A stretch of DNA of 64,000 bases from Girardia tigrina (lineage: Eukaryota): positions 12,139 to 76,138 of the forward strand of contig MQRK01238006.1 of the NCBI GenBank assembly GCA_001938485.1, given 5' to 3'. Shown piece by piece: positions 62,975 through 64,000 of the stretch. A model generated the notes under the pieces. That model saw only the letters and a program-made list of their open reading frames with translations, was not told where the DNA came from and did no database searches. A program made the position numbers and the translations under genes. Position 1 is the stretch's first letter; every line of letters starts with the position of its first letter.

Positions 62975-64000
62975 CTGGAATTTATTTTTTAAATTAAACA
63001 TTGAAACAAAGTTTGAAATGATTATATAGCGGACACGAATATCATCAACCAATAACTGATCTGGTAGGTGCCCTAAATATCCGATCCATTATAGAAAAAT
63101 AGAAACAGTGATAACATATAACCCTAAACTTTTTGGAAAGTTAAATGTCGATTCATGGATACAAATAGTTTGAAATCAATATGTTAAATTTATTATCATA
63201 ATGTATTGTGTATTTTATGTACATATCCATTTGTAGTGCGGCTTGTAATATGCATCAAAATAGTTTTAATGATGAGATAAGTCGTCTTTTAAGATGGATG
63301 AGGGTTTGTTCTTATAACACGTCCAGAAATTTGACGAATGACTCAAATGTGAATTGGTTTTGAGATGCTTGTAGTGTCCTTAAATCCACAGAAAAATAAA
63401 GTTTTTTTCGGACAACATTTGATCCCAAGCCAATAAATAATAAAAAAATTAAATATGAATATAATAAATATTTATAATTTCATTTCCTGACGATCAATAA
63501 TAAATAATTCCAATCCAATCAACCGAACTTAAATTACGAGATTAACAATATTTTATGTAAATTTGCCTGTGATAACTTACTTGTTGGAATATTTATGCGT
63601 GACTTGGAGGACGAGTGTTATTATTCTATCAAACAATGTCTATTTCTACTGCTATCTCTCAAAATTTCGTCGAAACTAATTCACTCCAGAATGCAACAAT
63701 CCAGATTATAAGAAATTTCTATTGATATTTAGTGAAGAAAACTAAAATATCCCAAAATCGCCCTAAATCTCTCAGCAAGCTTGATTCTCTCGGTTTTTTT
63801 AATTTTCAAACAATTACTGTGAGTAAACATTGTTTATTTCCCCTATCAACTAATTTCTTGTTGTCGTGAATTTGTTCAATTTTCTTTTTCATCTTTCTGT
63901 TGTTTGTTAAAATAAAATACTTTATCTATATTTTTTATTTATTGGTTAAAGGTAATTCTAACAAAAGAATCATTCTTTCGTTGGAATTACTTTTACAATG

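Noticed and set aside
1-64000. Stop-codon reassignment, CRISPR arrays or prokaryotic operons
   Set aside because: In-frame stops occur only in decayed sequence and are of all three types; host exons are clean under the standard code; no repeat-spacer array or operon structure was seen

Overview
AT-rich eukaryotic (invertebrate metazoan-type) scaffold with N gaps; a flatworm host is a guess from the 5.8S fragment, AT content and ~40-50 nt introns. Three host genes can be reconstructed by hand: a divergent type II pantothenate kinase (+, 5 exons, 3526-9490), a TraB-domain protein (-, 5 exons over 31 kb, 56104-25018) and the last exon of V-ATPase subunit S1/Ac45 (-). Most of the remainder is decayed and often nested transposons: BEL, Gypsy, RTE-like LINE, Penelope, several hAT families, mariner DD34D, Tc1 DD35E, DD37E, a maT-like element, pogo, MULE, Zator, Helitron and MITEs. 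Strongest leads: (1) a dead pogo element carrying an open antisense NCKAP1/Hem gene fragment, next to an orphan 5.8S rRNA piece and other gene-like fragments (a possible gene-capturing Pack-TIR composite); (2) three minimal hammerhead ribozymes associated with Penelope ends; (3) a hAT family with non-canonical CTGG termini and ~350-bp inverted arms; (4) a pantothenate kinase with pseudokinase-like substitutions. All family assignments come from motif recognition by eye; no database searches were run.
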